A stretch of DNA of 64,000 nt from Bacteroidia bacterium (GTDB lineage Bacteria; Bacteroidota; Bacteroidia; Bacteroidales; VadinHA17), in the NCBI GenBank assembly GCA_026391555.1, contig JAPLEB010000122.1, forward strand, positions 8,778 through 72,777, given 5' to 3'. Positions 50,091-58,439 of this stretch are shown piece after piece. The notes beneath the pieces were generated by a model, which did not search any database, was not told the DNA's origin, and saw nothing but the letters and a program-made list of their open reading frames with translations. The number at the start of each line of letters is the position of its first letter. Position 1 is the first letter of the stretch. The position numbers and the translations under genes were made by a program.

Positions 50091-51877
50091 AAAACTCAGG
50101 TATGACATCAATGAAAAATCAGTTTGGCTTGTTTCTGCTCTTCATTGCAGCACCATTGTGCAATATGAATGTAGTTCAGGCACAAAAAGCAGCTGTTCCT
50201 ATTAGTACTTATGGAGTCTGGGATCGTGGGGAAGGAATTGATGATTATTCAGATCCAAAAGCGGATTTTGTATTGGGGATAGAAGTATCAGATAAATGGT
50301 CAAACGTTCAATCAAACGGGCCAGACAAATTTGATTTTTCTACCTTTCAGAACACGTTAGATAGGGCTGCGAAATACCATAAAATAGTAAAAGTAAGTAT
50401 TAATGTAGGACCGGACTCTCCGACTTGGCTATATGATAATGGTGTTCCATTGGTAAAGGTTGTAAGTTCTAAGCCGGAAAAACATGCCAAATTTCCGAAT
50501 TACCCTTATTATTTAAGTGATGCGTATATAAAATATTATTTTGAGCTTATTAAACAGTTCTCCCTTTTCTTGAGAAATCAGCCTAAAGAAAAATTCGATT
50601 GCATTGCATTTGTGCAAGTAAAAACAGGAGCAACTGGAGACGAAGCGCCTTACAAAGGAGAACCTATTGATAAAAAGTATGTGATTGCTAATAAAAAGGC
50701 TGAATGGGAAGATTTTCGCTTAGAGTCATTCGCTCAATTTAAAAAATATTTCAATGATGTAAATAATCGTCAGATTGTTTTGGTTTTTAATGCAGTAGAT
50801 CCTGACAAACAACCCATTGCTTATAATTGGGTCATGAATACCATCGACCCTCAAATTGGTTTTGGAATTAAAGGTGGCGCTTACAACAGAGGACATCATT
50901 TATCCGGCGAACAATCATTTAAAGAACAATGGACTCCTTATTTAATAAATCCCAAAGGGATGAAACTATTCTCAGCGTCTGAAATGGATGAATCGTGGAA
51001 CAAAGCGATATTTAATATTAACACAGAACTGGGATTTTATTGGTCAGCCCTTAGTGGAATTAATACAGGACTTTCTTCGTATAATGCCTCCAAACAAGCA
51101 ATTATTTATGCTTATGAGCATAAAGAGATTAGCGATATCTTTAGAATGTTCAATAAATATGCCCAACAGGTTTATCCGGCAACTACAACTACAGCCTTTT
51201 CTGTTTTTCACGAAGGACTAAATGCTGCCGATACGGTAAAATTCCCTGAAAAAAAATTCGGAAAAGCAAGTGAGAAAAATCTTGATCGCTACTCAAGTAT
51301 TTGCAAAGCCTATGAATCAAGAGGCGCTAAAATGGACGATTTAAAAGCTGTTACTATAGGTCAAGTAAACCAAAGGGAGCAACAGACTGGCTATAATGAT
51401 GTTGGTTGGGATATTGCAGAAGGAAATTATGAGCGGTTTTTGACTCAGATTAAACCGGATGAAACTTCAATTGGTCTTTTCAGAGTTCGTGGAACAATTG
51501 ATAAGAATTCATCTAAATACGATCGTTTTGCTCGTTCCTTTGAAAATTCAACCGGCAAAAACACCATGTATTTTAAATTTGATGATGAGATGTTTGCAAA
51601 TTCAAAACCGGAGAGTCTTCGTTTTACTATTACATGGCTCGACAAAAATGCAGGTTCTACCTGGTCGTTAAACTATAACAATGGGGATAAATCCATGAAA
51701 TCTGCTTTAAATGTTAAGGGTATTGGCGACAATCAATGGAAAACTCAAATCGTTACTATTAACGATGCAATTATTGATCGCAGTGGTAAATTCGGGTCTG
51801 ATTTTATGCTGGTTAATACCGATAAGGTTGATGATATTTTCAATGGTATTGAAGTTGATATTACACGAAAAAAATAA
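50087..51877 (+). CDS. Unassigned putative glycoside hydrolase, paralog 3
   Basis: 596 aa with a signal peptide, collinear with paralog 1. A 4-nt ATGA overlap joins it to the upstream sulfatase. Confidence 0.7.
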   Translation: MKNSGMTSMKNQFGLFLLFIAAPLCNMNVVQAQKAAVPISTYGVWDRGEGIDDYSDPKADFVLGIEVSDKWSNVQSNGPDKFDFSTFQNTLDRAAKYHKIVKVSINVGPDSPTWLYDNGVPLVKVVSSKPEKHAKFPNYPYYLSDAYIKYYFELIKQFSLFLRNQPKEKFDCIAFVQVKTGATGDEAPYKGEPIDKKYVIANKKAEWEDFRLESFAQFKKYFNDVNNRQIVLVFNAVDPDKQPIAYNWVMNTIDPQIGFGIKGGAYNRGHHLSGEQSFKEQWTPYLINPKGMKLFSASEMDESWNKAIFNINTELGFYWSALSGINTGLSSYNASKQAIIYAYEHKEISDIFRMFNKYAQQVYPATTTTAFSVFHEGLNAADTVKFPEKKFGKASEKNLDRYSSICKAYESRGAKMDDLKAVTIGQVNQREQQTGYNDVGWDIAEGNYERFLTQIKPDETSIGLFRVRGTIDKNSSKYDRFARSFENSTGKNTMYFKFDDEMFANSKPESLRFTITWLDKNAGSTWSLNYNNGDKSMKSALNVKGIGDNQWKTQIVTINDAIIDRSGKFGSDFMLVNTDKVDDIFNGIEVDITRKK

Positions 51878-51893
51878 AAAAATTATCTTTATA

Positions 51894-53486
51894 ATGAAAA
51901 ATGCAATTTTAAAAACTACTCAATGCACACTTGCTTTGGCGGGCCTTTGCTTGTCGACAAATGTAGTATGTCAAACCAAACGGCCCAATATATTAGTCAT
52001 CATGGGTGACGATATATCGCGAACCAGCATGGGCGTCTATGGTTGTAAGTATATTAAGACTCCCAATTTCGACAGAATTGCGAATGAAGGGGTTTTATTT
52101 ACTAATGCTTATGTTTGCAATCCTAAGAGTTCACCGTCCAGAGCTTGTTTCCTGACTGGTCGATATTCGTGGCAGCTCGAAGAAGCCTGTAACCACATAC
52201 CGGTAATGCCTCCAAAATGGAAATTCTATCCGGAATTACTGGAACAAAGCGGATATTCTATCGGCTTTACCGGAAAAGGATGGGCGCCCGGCGTGTTTTA
52301 TGGAGAACACAATCCCGCAGGTTGGGAATATAATAATATCTCTTGTACGCCCCCCTACAAAGGGATCAACAAACAGGATTATGCTGCTAACTTCGAAGAA
52401 TATCTGAATAAATGGGATGTAAACAAACCATTCTGTTTTTGGTTTGGAACTCATGAAGCACATCGTAAATACGAAGAAGACTCATATAAAAAGGAGGGTA
52501 AAGATTTAAGCAAAGTTGTCGTACAGGAATTTTTGCCTGACAATGAATTGGTTCGGGGCGATTTGGCCGATTATAGTGTAGAAGTAGAATACCACGATAT
52601 GATGATTGGTAAAGCTTTAGAATCGTTGGCTAAACGCGGTTTGCTCGACAATACAATTATTATTGCCACTTCCGATCAGGGCATGCCATTTCCCCGTGTC
52701 AAAGGACAAATTTATGATGAAGATTTTCATGAAGCATTTGTTGTTCGCTGGGGAGATAAAATTAAATCTGGTAGAACTGTTACCGATTTTATTAATTTTC
52801 CGGATGTTGCCCCCACCCTTATGGAGTTAGCAGGACTAAAACCTGATAAACAAATGACAGGGAAAAGCTTCCTCAATCTATTGCTCTCTGATAAATCAGG
52901 TAGACTTGACAAAGACCGAACTTTTTCTTTAATAGGAAGAGAACGACATGACATGGGACGTATAGATGGTGATCAAATTGCTGTTGGTTATCCTGTACGT
53001 GCAATAAGAACGGATAAATACCTGTATTCTCACAACTACAAACCTTACAGATGGCCGGCCGGTGATCCGGAATACGGATATAATAATTGCGATGACTCGC
53101 CGACTAAATCGTATTTAACAGGGTTGAAGGAAAATGATCCTGATTACAATTATTTCCTGCTATCTTTTGGCAAACGTCCGGCAGATGAACTTTATGATAT
53201 TGTTAAAGACCCCGATTGCGTACATAATTTAGCTGTTGATCCGAAGTATGCATCGGTTATTAAAGAATTAAAAACACAAATGGACAAAACTTTAAAACTT
53301 CAAAAAGACCCGCGCGTATTGGGTAAAGGTGATATTTTCGATTATTACCCGGAAGCTCGTGAAGAAAAACTGAAGAGAATGTACAAAGATAAATACTACG
53401 ATATGTATGATAAGTTCTTCGAAAAATTTGGTAAAAAAACAGTGCCAATACCTGAAGGATGGGTAGAAAAGGATGGGGAAAATTAA
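51894..53486 (+). CDS. S1-family sulfatase, Ser-type
   Basis: NILVIMGDDISRTSMGVYGC and the motif SSPSRACFLTGR. The signal peptide starts at the ATG at 51894. The track ORF start at 51711 lies inside paralog 3. Confidence 0.9.
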   Translation: MKNAILKTTQCTLALAGLCLSTNVVCQTKRPNILVIMGDDISRTSMGVYGCKYIKTPNFDRIANEGVLFTNAYVCNPKSSPSRACFLTGRYSWQLEEACNHIPVMPPKWKFYPELLEQSGYSIGFTGKGWAPGVFYGEHNPAGWEYNNISCTPPYKGINKQDYAANFEEYLNKWDVNKPFCFWFGTHEAHRKYEEDSYKKEGKDLSKVVVQEFLPDNELVRGDLADYSVEVEYHDMMIGKALESLAKRGLLDNTIIIATSDQGMPFPRVKGQIYDEDFHEAFVVRWGDKIKSGRTVTDFINFPDVAPTLMELAGLKPDKQMTGKSFLNLLLSDKSGRLDKDRTFSLIGRERHDMGRIDGDQIAVGYPVRAIRTDKYLYSHNYKPYRWPAGDPEYGYNNCDDSPTKSYLTGLKENDPDYNYFLLSFGKRPADELYDIVKDPDCVHNLAVDPKYASVIKELKTQMDKTLKLQKDPRVLGKGDIFDYYPEAREEKLKRMYKDKYYDMYDKFFEKFGKKTVPIPEGWVEKDGEN

Positions 53487-53496
53487 AAAAAAATAT

Positions 53497-54918
53497 ATGA
53501 AAATCAACAATTTATTATTTCCTGCGGTTTCATTATTAGCATTAAGTGCAGGTGCAAAAGAGAAAGAAACGGTTTTAAAACCAAACGTAAAACCCAATAT
53601 TGTTTTCATTTTAGCAGATGATATGGGTTACAACGAACTGGGCTGTTTTGGTGGCAAAGTAATCGAAACTCCCAATATCGACCGTTTGGCCAAACAGGGA
53701 ATGGTGTTTACAAACTATTATTGTGGTTCAAATCTTAGTGCACCTTCCCGATGTTCTTTGATGACAGGGAAACATACAGGTCATGCCTGGATCAGAGACA
53801 ATAAACCACTTCCTTTTGAGGGAAATGAGCCTATCCCTGCAAGTGAGGTGACGGTTGCCGAAGTGTTGAAGAGTGCAGGTTATACAACCGGAGCATTTGG
53901 TAAATGGGGATTGGGTTATCCAGGCTCTGAAGGGTCACCAAACAAGCAAGGTTTCGATCAGTTTTATGGTTATAACTGTCAGCGACATGCACACGATTAT
54001 TTCACTACCTACATGCGTCAAAACGACGATTCAGTCACATTATACGGGAATATAATAAAGCCGTTTACAATTTATAGTGCAAATGTTATTAAAGATGAGG
54101 CGTTAAAGTTTATTGAAGATAACAAAAATAAACCCTTCTTCCTGTACTTTGCGCCTACATTACCACATGCGGCTTATCACCAACCGGATGATTCTCTTTT
54201 GACATATTATGCAAAAAAAACCGGATTCCCCAAAGGTGTTGCGCATGACGAGGATTTTTCGGTACCAAAATATGCCTCTATGTCTTCCAGGCTTGATATG
54301 GAAGTGGGTGAAATCGTCGCGAAGTTGAAGGCAATGAACCTGTTGGATAATACCTTGATTATTTTTGCCAGCGATAATGGTACGGCTCTCAGACCCGAAG
54401 AAGATAGTTACCTGCAAACAGGAGGACAACTACATGGACGAAAAAGCGAAGTTTACGATGGCGGAATTAAAAGTCCTTTTGTTGCTTATTGGAAAGGGAA
54501 AATCAAACCTGGAACTAAATCCGGCCACATTTCTGCTTTCTGGGATTTCTTGCCTACTTGTGCCGAAATTGTCAACGTGAAAAATCCTGAAAATATCGAT
54601 GGTATTTCATTTCTGCCAACACTTTTAGGCAATACAAAAAAACAAAAAGAACACGAATACCTTTATTGGGAACGTAATCAATGTCAGGCCATCCGTCGAG
54701 GTGATATGAAAGCTGTTATAAAGTATGGAAAAAACGCCAATGAACAAACTGTCGAAATTTACAATCTGGCAAAAGATCCATTTGAAAAGACTGATTTAGC
54801 GGCATCAATGCCACAATTAAAAGATGAATTTCTGAAGCTGGCTAAAACAGCACATGTTGAATCAAATATTTTCCCATTTTTTAAAAAAGTAAAGAAAAAT
54901 CAAGATATAGAAGAATGA
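53497..54918 (+). CDS. S1-family sulfatase, Ser-type
   Basis: NIVFILADDMGYNELGCFGG and the motif SAPSRCSLMTGK. The signal peptide starts at the ATG at 53497. Confidence 0.9.
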   Translation: MKINNLLFPAVSLLALSAGAKEKETVLKPNVKPNIVFILADDMGYNELGCFGGKVIETPNIDRLAKQGMVFTNYYCGSNLSAPSRCSLMTGKHTGHAWIRDNKPLPFEGNEPIPASEVTVAEVLKSAGYTTGAFGKWGLGYPGSEGSPNKQGFDQFYGYNCQRHAHDYFTTYMRQNDDSVTLYGNIIKPFTIYSANVIKDEALKFIEDNKNKPFFLYFAPTLPHAAYHQPDDSLLTYYAKKTGFPKGVAHDEDFSVPKYASMSSRLDMEVGEIVAKLKAMNLLDNTLIIFASDNGTALRPEEDSYLQTGGQLHGRKSEVYDGGIKSPFVAYWKGKIKPGTKSGHISAFWDFLPTCAEIVNVKNPENIDGISFLPTLLGNTKKQKEHEYLYWERNQCQAIRRGDMKAVIKYGKNANEQTVEIYNLAKDPFEKTDLAASMPQLKDEFLKLAKTAHVESNIFPFFKKVKKNQDIEE

Positions 54919-55143
54919 TACGCGTAAATTCAATATTGTCACTATTGGCACTACCTCTTGTGCCAGTGTTGGCTGAAAGCCCTATGGTTAAACCAAATAT
55001 CATTATCATATGTGATGGCTGCCACACAAGATCGTGTACCAACAGTTTATATTGATAATGGTTTTGTTGATGGATTAAAGCCGAACGATCCGATTCAAGT
55101 TGATTACAATAAGAATTTCGAAGGCCAACCCACAGTCAGATAG
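54915..55143 (+). pseudogene. Sulfatase stub (signal peptide plus first strand only)
   Basis: The ATG at 54915 overlaps the preceding stop (ATGA). Translation is MIRVNSILSLLALPLVPVLAESPMVKPNIIIICDGCHTRSCTNSLY followed by a stop. KPNIIII is the conserved sulfatase N-terminus but the DD...G metal site is missing. The rest is open only in another frame. Confidence 0.45.
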
Positions 55144-55173
55144 TTTGAAACAGGTTTAAACATTATTCTTATG

Positions 55174-56160
55174 TCATTCTAGAATTCCTCTCATGTATTC
55201 AATGCACTTAGTTACTTCTTTAACAGGGTCAGAACCTTCAGGGATCGGGTATTCAAGCTCAAGGTCAACATTAATGGGCCATTTCTCCTTTTTAAGAAGC
55301 AGAAGAATGTCAGCTATTGGTGTCTCACCCTGACCAAACGGCATATTGGTGTTTGGCTGTGCATGTTTCGGTCCGGTTTTATCCTTTATATGGATGCTCG
55401 GAATAAGTTTATGATATTTTTCTATAATGGTGTTCGGATGCAACCCGGTTGATCCGAAATAATGCCCTGCGTCAAGATTCAGCCTGTTGGCCGGTGAATA
55501 GCCCAGATACTTATCTATGTCAAATCCGGGCATCCCGAACTGACCATGGGTATGGAAGATAGCCAGGCTTTTATGTTTCTCGGCAAACGGACCAAGTCGT
55601 TTACTCGCCTCATCGGTGAATTCATCTGTTACGCCATATGCACCGAGTGTCTTTGCTGCATTATAAGCATAGTCAATTTCTTCATCTGACCATGATGAGG
55701 GTACAAACTTGGCAATATGGATATCCACACCGGCATCATTGTACATTTTTCGTATATCAGCATACTTTTGCATAGGTAATGATAATCGCCATTTGCGCTG
55801 TGCCTCTTTAACCCCTTCAGCTATTTTTGCACGTTCAGCTTTATCCTGCTCAGTAAGTTCAACACCACGTGCAGGACGCGGTGGCGCCTGAGGAATACCT
55901 AATCCCTCTTCAAGTACACTTCTCATTTCAAGAGTATTAACTCCGGACTGAAGGACATATTGAAGAACCTCATCAAGACTATGTGAAATACTCCGGTAGC
56001 AAAAGGTTGTGAGACCCAGCTGAACTCCATTTACTTTTGAGTTGGGCTTTTTAATCGACGAACCAATAGCGAAGGAATAATTGAAAGGGATTGCTGTAAT
56101 CGCAGCTCCAGTTGCAACTGTCCCCAAGAATTTGCGTCTCGAGATTGATGAGTTTTTCAT
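55174..56160 (-). CDS. Tat-exported xylose-isomerase-like TIM-barrel protein
   Basis: 328 aa with the twin-arginine signal SRRKFLGTVATGAAITA and TIM-barrel motifs (FHTHGQ, IHIKD, DLELEY). Confidence 0.8.
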   Translation of the reverse strand: MKNSSISRRKFLGTVATGAAITAIPFNYSFAIGSSIKKPNSKVNGVQLGLTTFCYRSISHSLDEVLQYVLQSGVNTLEMRSVLEEGLGIPQAPPRPARGVELTEQDKAERAKIAEGVKEAQRKWRLSLPMQKYADIRKMYNDAGVDIHIAKFVPSSWSDEEIDYAYNAAKTLGAYGVTDEFTDEASKRLGPFAEKHKSLAIFHTHGQFGMPGFDIDKYLGYSPANRLNLDAGHYFGSTGLHPNTIIEKYHKLIPSIHIKDKTGPKHAQPNTNMPFGQGETPIADILLLLKKEKWPINVDLELEYPIPEGSDPVKEVTKCIEYMRGILE

Positions 56161-56357
56161 GTTTATTATTTTTTATTAATATTATTTATCCGGTTGAAAT
56201 TCATTTAAAATAACTCAGGTATTAATGAGTTTCAAGGTCTATAAAGATAAGTATTTTAATTTTCTGTATACTTGTTCAGAACTTTCATTCAGATTTGTTT
56301 TACCTATATTTTCTAAATGGAAATTGACTTTTCTCTGATGTTTTAAAATTGGTTAAT

Positions 56358-56593
56358 ATGAAAGCAAAAAACCTCTTGATCATTATTATAATGTTTTTAT
56401 TGTTATTCGTTTCACAACAGGCTCATTCACAGCTGCCTAAGGAGACTGAAGCCCAGAAAATGCAGCGAATGAAATGGTGGACCGATGCCCGGTTTGGGAT
56501 GTTCATTTACTTGCCTATCCGATGGGGAACCTGACACTTCCGGTTCAGAAACCACAAAGTGAGATTCCGGTGCTGGAGGTTTATCTCAAGTAG
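56358..56593 (+). pseudogene. GH29 alpha-L-fucosidase remnant (internal deletion)
   Basis: A signal peptide is followed by MKWWTDARFGMFI, the GH29 N-terminal motif (normally ...ARFGMFIHWG). It then diverges to a stop at 56532-56534. A different frame continues LTLPVQKPQSEIPVLEVYLK to a stop at 56591-56593, which may be the old C-terminus. Confidence 0.55.
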
Positions 56594-56596
56594 TCA

Positions 56597-56638
56597 GAAG
56601 TCCGAAGTCCGAAGTACAGTTTCCGACTTCCGGCTTCT
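56597..56638. terminator. Hairpin built from heptad words between convergent genes
   Basis: (GAAGTCC)x2 plus GAAGTAC pairs with TTCCGAC-TTCCGGC-TTCT. About 15 of 18 positions are complementary. Confidence 0.45.
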
Positions 56639-56639
56639 A

Positions 56640-57518
56640 TCATATTCCTGTCATTTTATTAAACAGAGCTAACTGGTCTTTCATTGCACTGATCCTGTCA
56701 GCCGGTGAAGTACGGGCCTCAAGAAGTATCCACCCATCATACTTAATTCCGTTAAACAGGTTAAAGAGCTGCTGATATGGGTAGTTGCCTTCATTAAGCT
56801 CCCGGATGTGCACAGTGTCGCCAAACCATTTTTTTACCGAATTGAAATTAGCTTCCAGTCCCGGAGGAAGTAAGTCCTGGTCATTGCAGTTCCAGCACAT
56901 TTTTACATTCTTTTCGGTTACCTGTTCAAAGATGGCCCTCATATTGGGTATTTCCTGTGTAAGATTTCCATGAACCTCTACTCTTATTAGCTGACCATAA
57001 TCCTGTGCAAACTTTCCAACCTCATTCAGCGAAGCAGCTATTTGTGCAATAGTTTTTTCTTTAGCAACTGAAGCAGGAAGATCATTCGGTTTCACTTTTA
57101 TACCAGAGGCCCCTATATCTTTACAAAGCTTGATATACTCTTTTGTCTGTTCAATATTTTCGCGCAGTTTGGCAGGATCGGGGCTATGGTATTCAAAATT
57201 AGCACCATAGCCAATGCATGTAACCTTACTGTCGGCGAACCGTTTTTTTACCTCGGCACGTTGTGCTGCATTCAGATTTGTCTCAACTTTATGCGCATGA
57301 TGTGTGCGCAACTCCAATCCCAGTAAACCGGTTTTTTCGCAGTTGGCAATCAGAGTAGGGAGATCCCAATCCTGACCCCAGAGGTAAGTGCATAACCCCA
57401 GCTTCATTCCTGATACGACGGAAACTGAAAATGCTTCCAGGTTTCTCATTGCTGCCAGTCCGATACCTGCGGCAAGGCTTTTCTGAATAAATACACGACG
57501 CGATAAATTGTTTTTCAT
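56640..57518 (-). CDS. Tat-exported xylose-isomerase-like TIM-barrel protein
   Basis: 292 aa with the signal SRRVFIQKSLAAGIGLAA and motifs LELRTHHAH, IRVEVHGN and ILLEAR. Confidence 0.8.
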   Translation of the reverse strand: MKNNLSRRVFIQKSLAAGIGLAAMRNLEAFSVSVVSGMKLGLCTYLWGQDWDLPTLIANCEKTGLLGLELRTHHAHKVETNLNAAQRAEVKKRFADSKVTCIGYGANFEYHSPDPAKLRENIEQTKEYIKLCKDIGASGIKVKPNDLPASVAKEKTIAQIAASLNEVGKFAQDYGQLIRVEVHGNLTQEIPNMRAIFEQVTEKNVKMCWNCNDQDLLPPGLEANFNSVKKWFGDTVHIRELNEGNYPYQQLFNLFNGIKYDGWILLEARTSPADRISAMKDQLALFNKMTGI

Positions 57519-57605
57519 GATAATATATTTTTTTAAAAAAATATTTAAGTTGTGCTAACCTGTTTAATTAACTTCGTTGAGGGCTTCGCCGTTCACAAAC
57601 TTCAA

Positions 57606-57647
57606 AAAAGACAAAAGATAAAAGGCTAAAGACAAAAGGTTCAAGAC
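57606..57647 (+). repeat. Heptad word array (AAAAGNN-type), 6 units
   Basis: AAAAGAC AAAAGAT AAAAGGC TAAAGAC AAAAGGT TCAAGAC. Confidence 0.7.
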
Positions 57648-57712
57648 ATTATGAAAAACAAGCATAAAAATCAACTTTAAAAATATATATTGAAAATGGT
57701 TTGCAAATGCCT

Positions 57713-57747
57713 GACTTTTATCTTTTTACTTTTGTCTTTTATCTTCT
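57713..57747 (-). repeat. Heptad word array, inverted orientation, 5 units
   Basis: GACTTTT ATCTTTT TACTTTT GTCTTTT ATCTTCT is the reverse complement of the AAAAGNN words and can pair with 57606-57647. Confidence 0.7.
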
Positions 57748-57763
57748 GCATGAATAATGCAGG
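57734..57763 (+). repeat. 30-nt exact repeat, right copy
   Basis: Identical to 21066-21095. The next 4 nt differ at one position (CTAA here, TTAA in the left copy). Confidence 0.8.
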
Positions 57764-57777
57764 CTAAGATAGTAAAA

Positions 57778-58026
57778 ATGAAAATTGAAACTTTTAAAAG
57801 CATACATACACTTAAAGCTTCTAATTTTGAAATAAAACAGACAGTTACAACATGGAAATCATACTTTAATATACTAGCTGGTTTAGTTCTGGGAGCCTTA
57901 ATTGCGTATATGGGAACAAAGTCCGGATTAATTCTTATTCATCAGCAGATACTGCTTGAGAAAACTGATGAAAAGAATATGGAAAAGACAAAAGTTGAGG
58001 CGCAGCCGAACCGGGCTGCAGGCTAA
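57778..58026 (+). CDS. Small hypothetical membrane protein
   Basis: 82 aa from the ATG at 57778, with one predicted TM segment (FNILAGLVLGALIAYMG). No recognisable family; weak call. Confidence 0.3.
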   Translation: MKIETFKSIHTLKASNFEIKQTVTTWKSYFNILAGLVLGALIAYMGTKSGLILIHQQILLEKTDEKNMEKTKVEAQPNRAAG

Positions 58027-58053
58027 CTCGGCGCAGCCAAACGCCATAACGGT

Positions 58054-58074
58054 TAAAGACAAAAAGTAAAAGGC
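58054..58074 (+). repeat. Heptad word array, 3 units
   Basis: TAAAGAC AAAAAGT AAAAGGC. Confidence 0.6.
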
Positions 58075-58136
58075 ATATTTTCATTTATTACGACTCCTTT
58101 TGCTGCTATAACGGCCTCTTTTATTATTTTTGCAGT

Positions 58137-58439
58137 ATGAGTGAAAAAATGAAACCTATTTTCGGGAAGCGCATTTTTTGGGATGTAAACTTTGAGCAGA
58201 TTAACTACGATGCCAGGGCCAACTTTGTTATTGAGCGGGTTTTTGAACGTGGCGATGTTGAGGATATCCGCCAGTGCCGGAGGTATTATGGCGATGAAAA
58301 AGTGACTGCCGCTCTGTTACACGCTAAGTACTTGCCACTTCAGACTATCCATTTTGCCAGCGCAATAATTGATAAACCACTTAATGAATTCAGATGTTAC
58401 ATACTGAGGCAGTTGACCCCGGGGCTCTTTCCTTACTGA
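58137..58439 (+). CDS. Small partner protein of the AbiEii-type nucleotidyltransferase (putative antitoxin, DUF6922-like)
   Basis: 100 aa (IFWDVNFEQINYDARANFVIERVFERGDVEDIRQCRRYYG). It overlaps the downstream NTase gene by 46 nt. The family name comes from memory of typical Bacteroidota gene pairs. Confidence 0.55.
   Translation: MSEKMKPIFGKRIFWDVNFEQINYDARANFVIERVFERGDVEDIRQCRRYYGDEKVTAALLHAKYLPLQTIHFASAIIDKPLNEFRCYILRQLTPGLFPY

Noticed and set aside
53292-53609. 105-aa minus-strand ORF
   Set aside because: It lies antisense across the junction of two sulfatase genes.
54958-55143. 61-aa ORF as an independent small gene
   Set aside because: It has no start context or signal peptide. It is better explained as the out-of-frame remainder of the degraded sulfatase stub.
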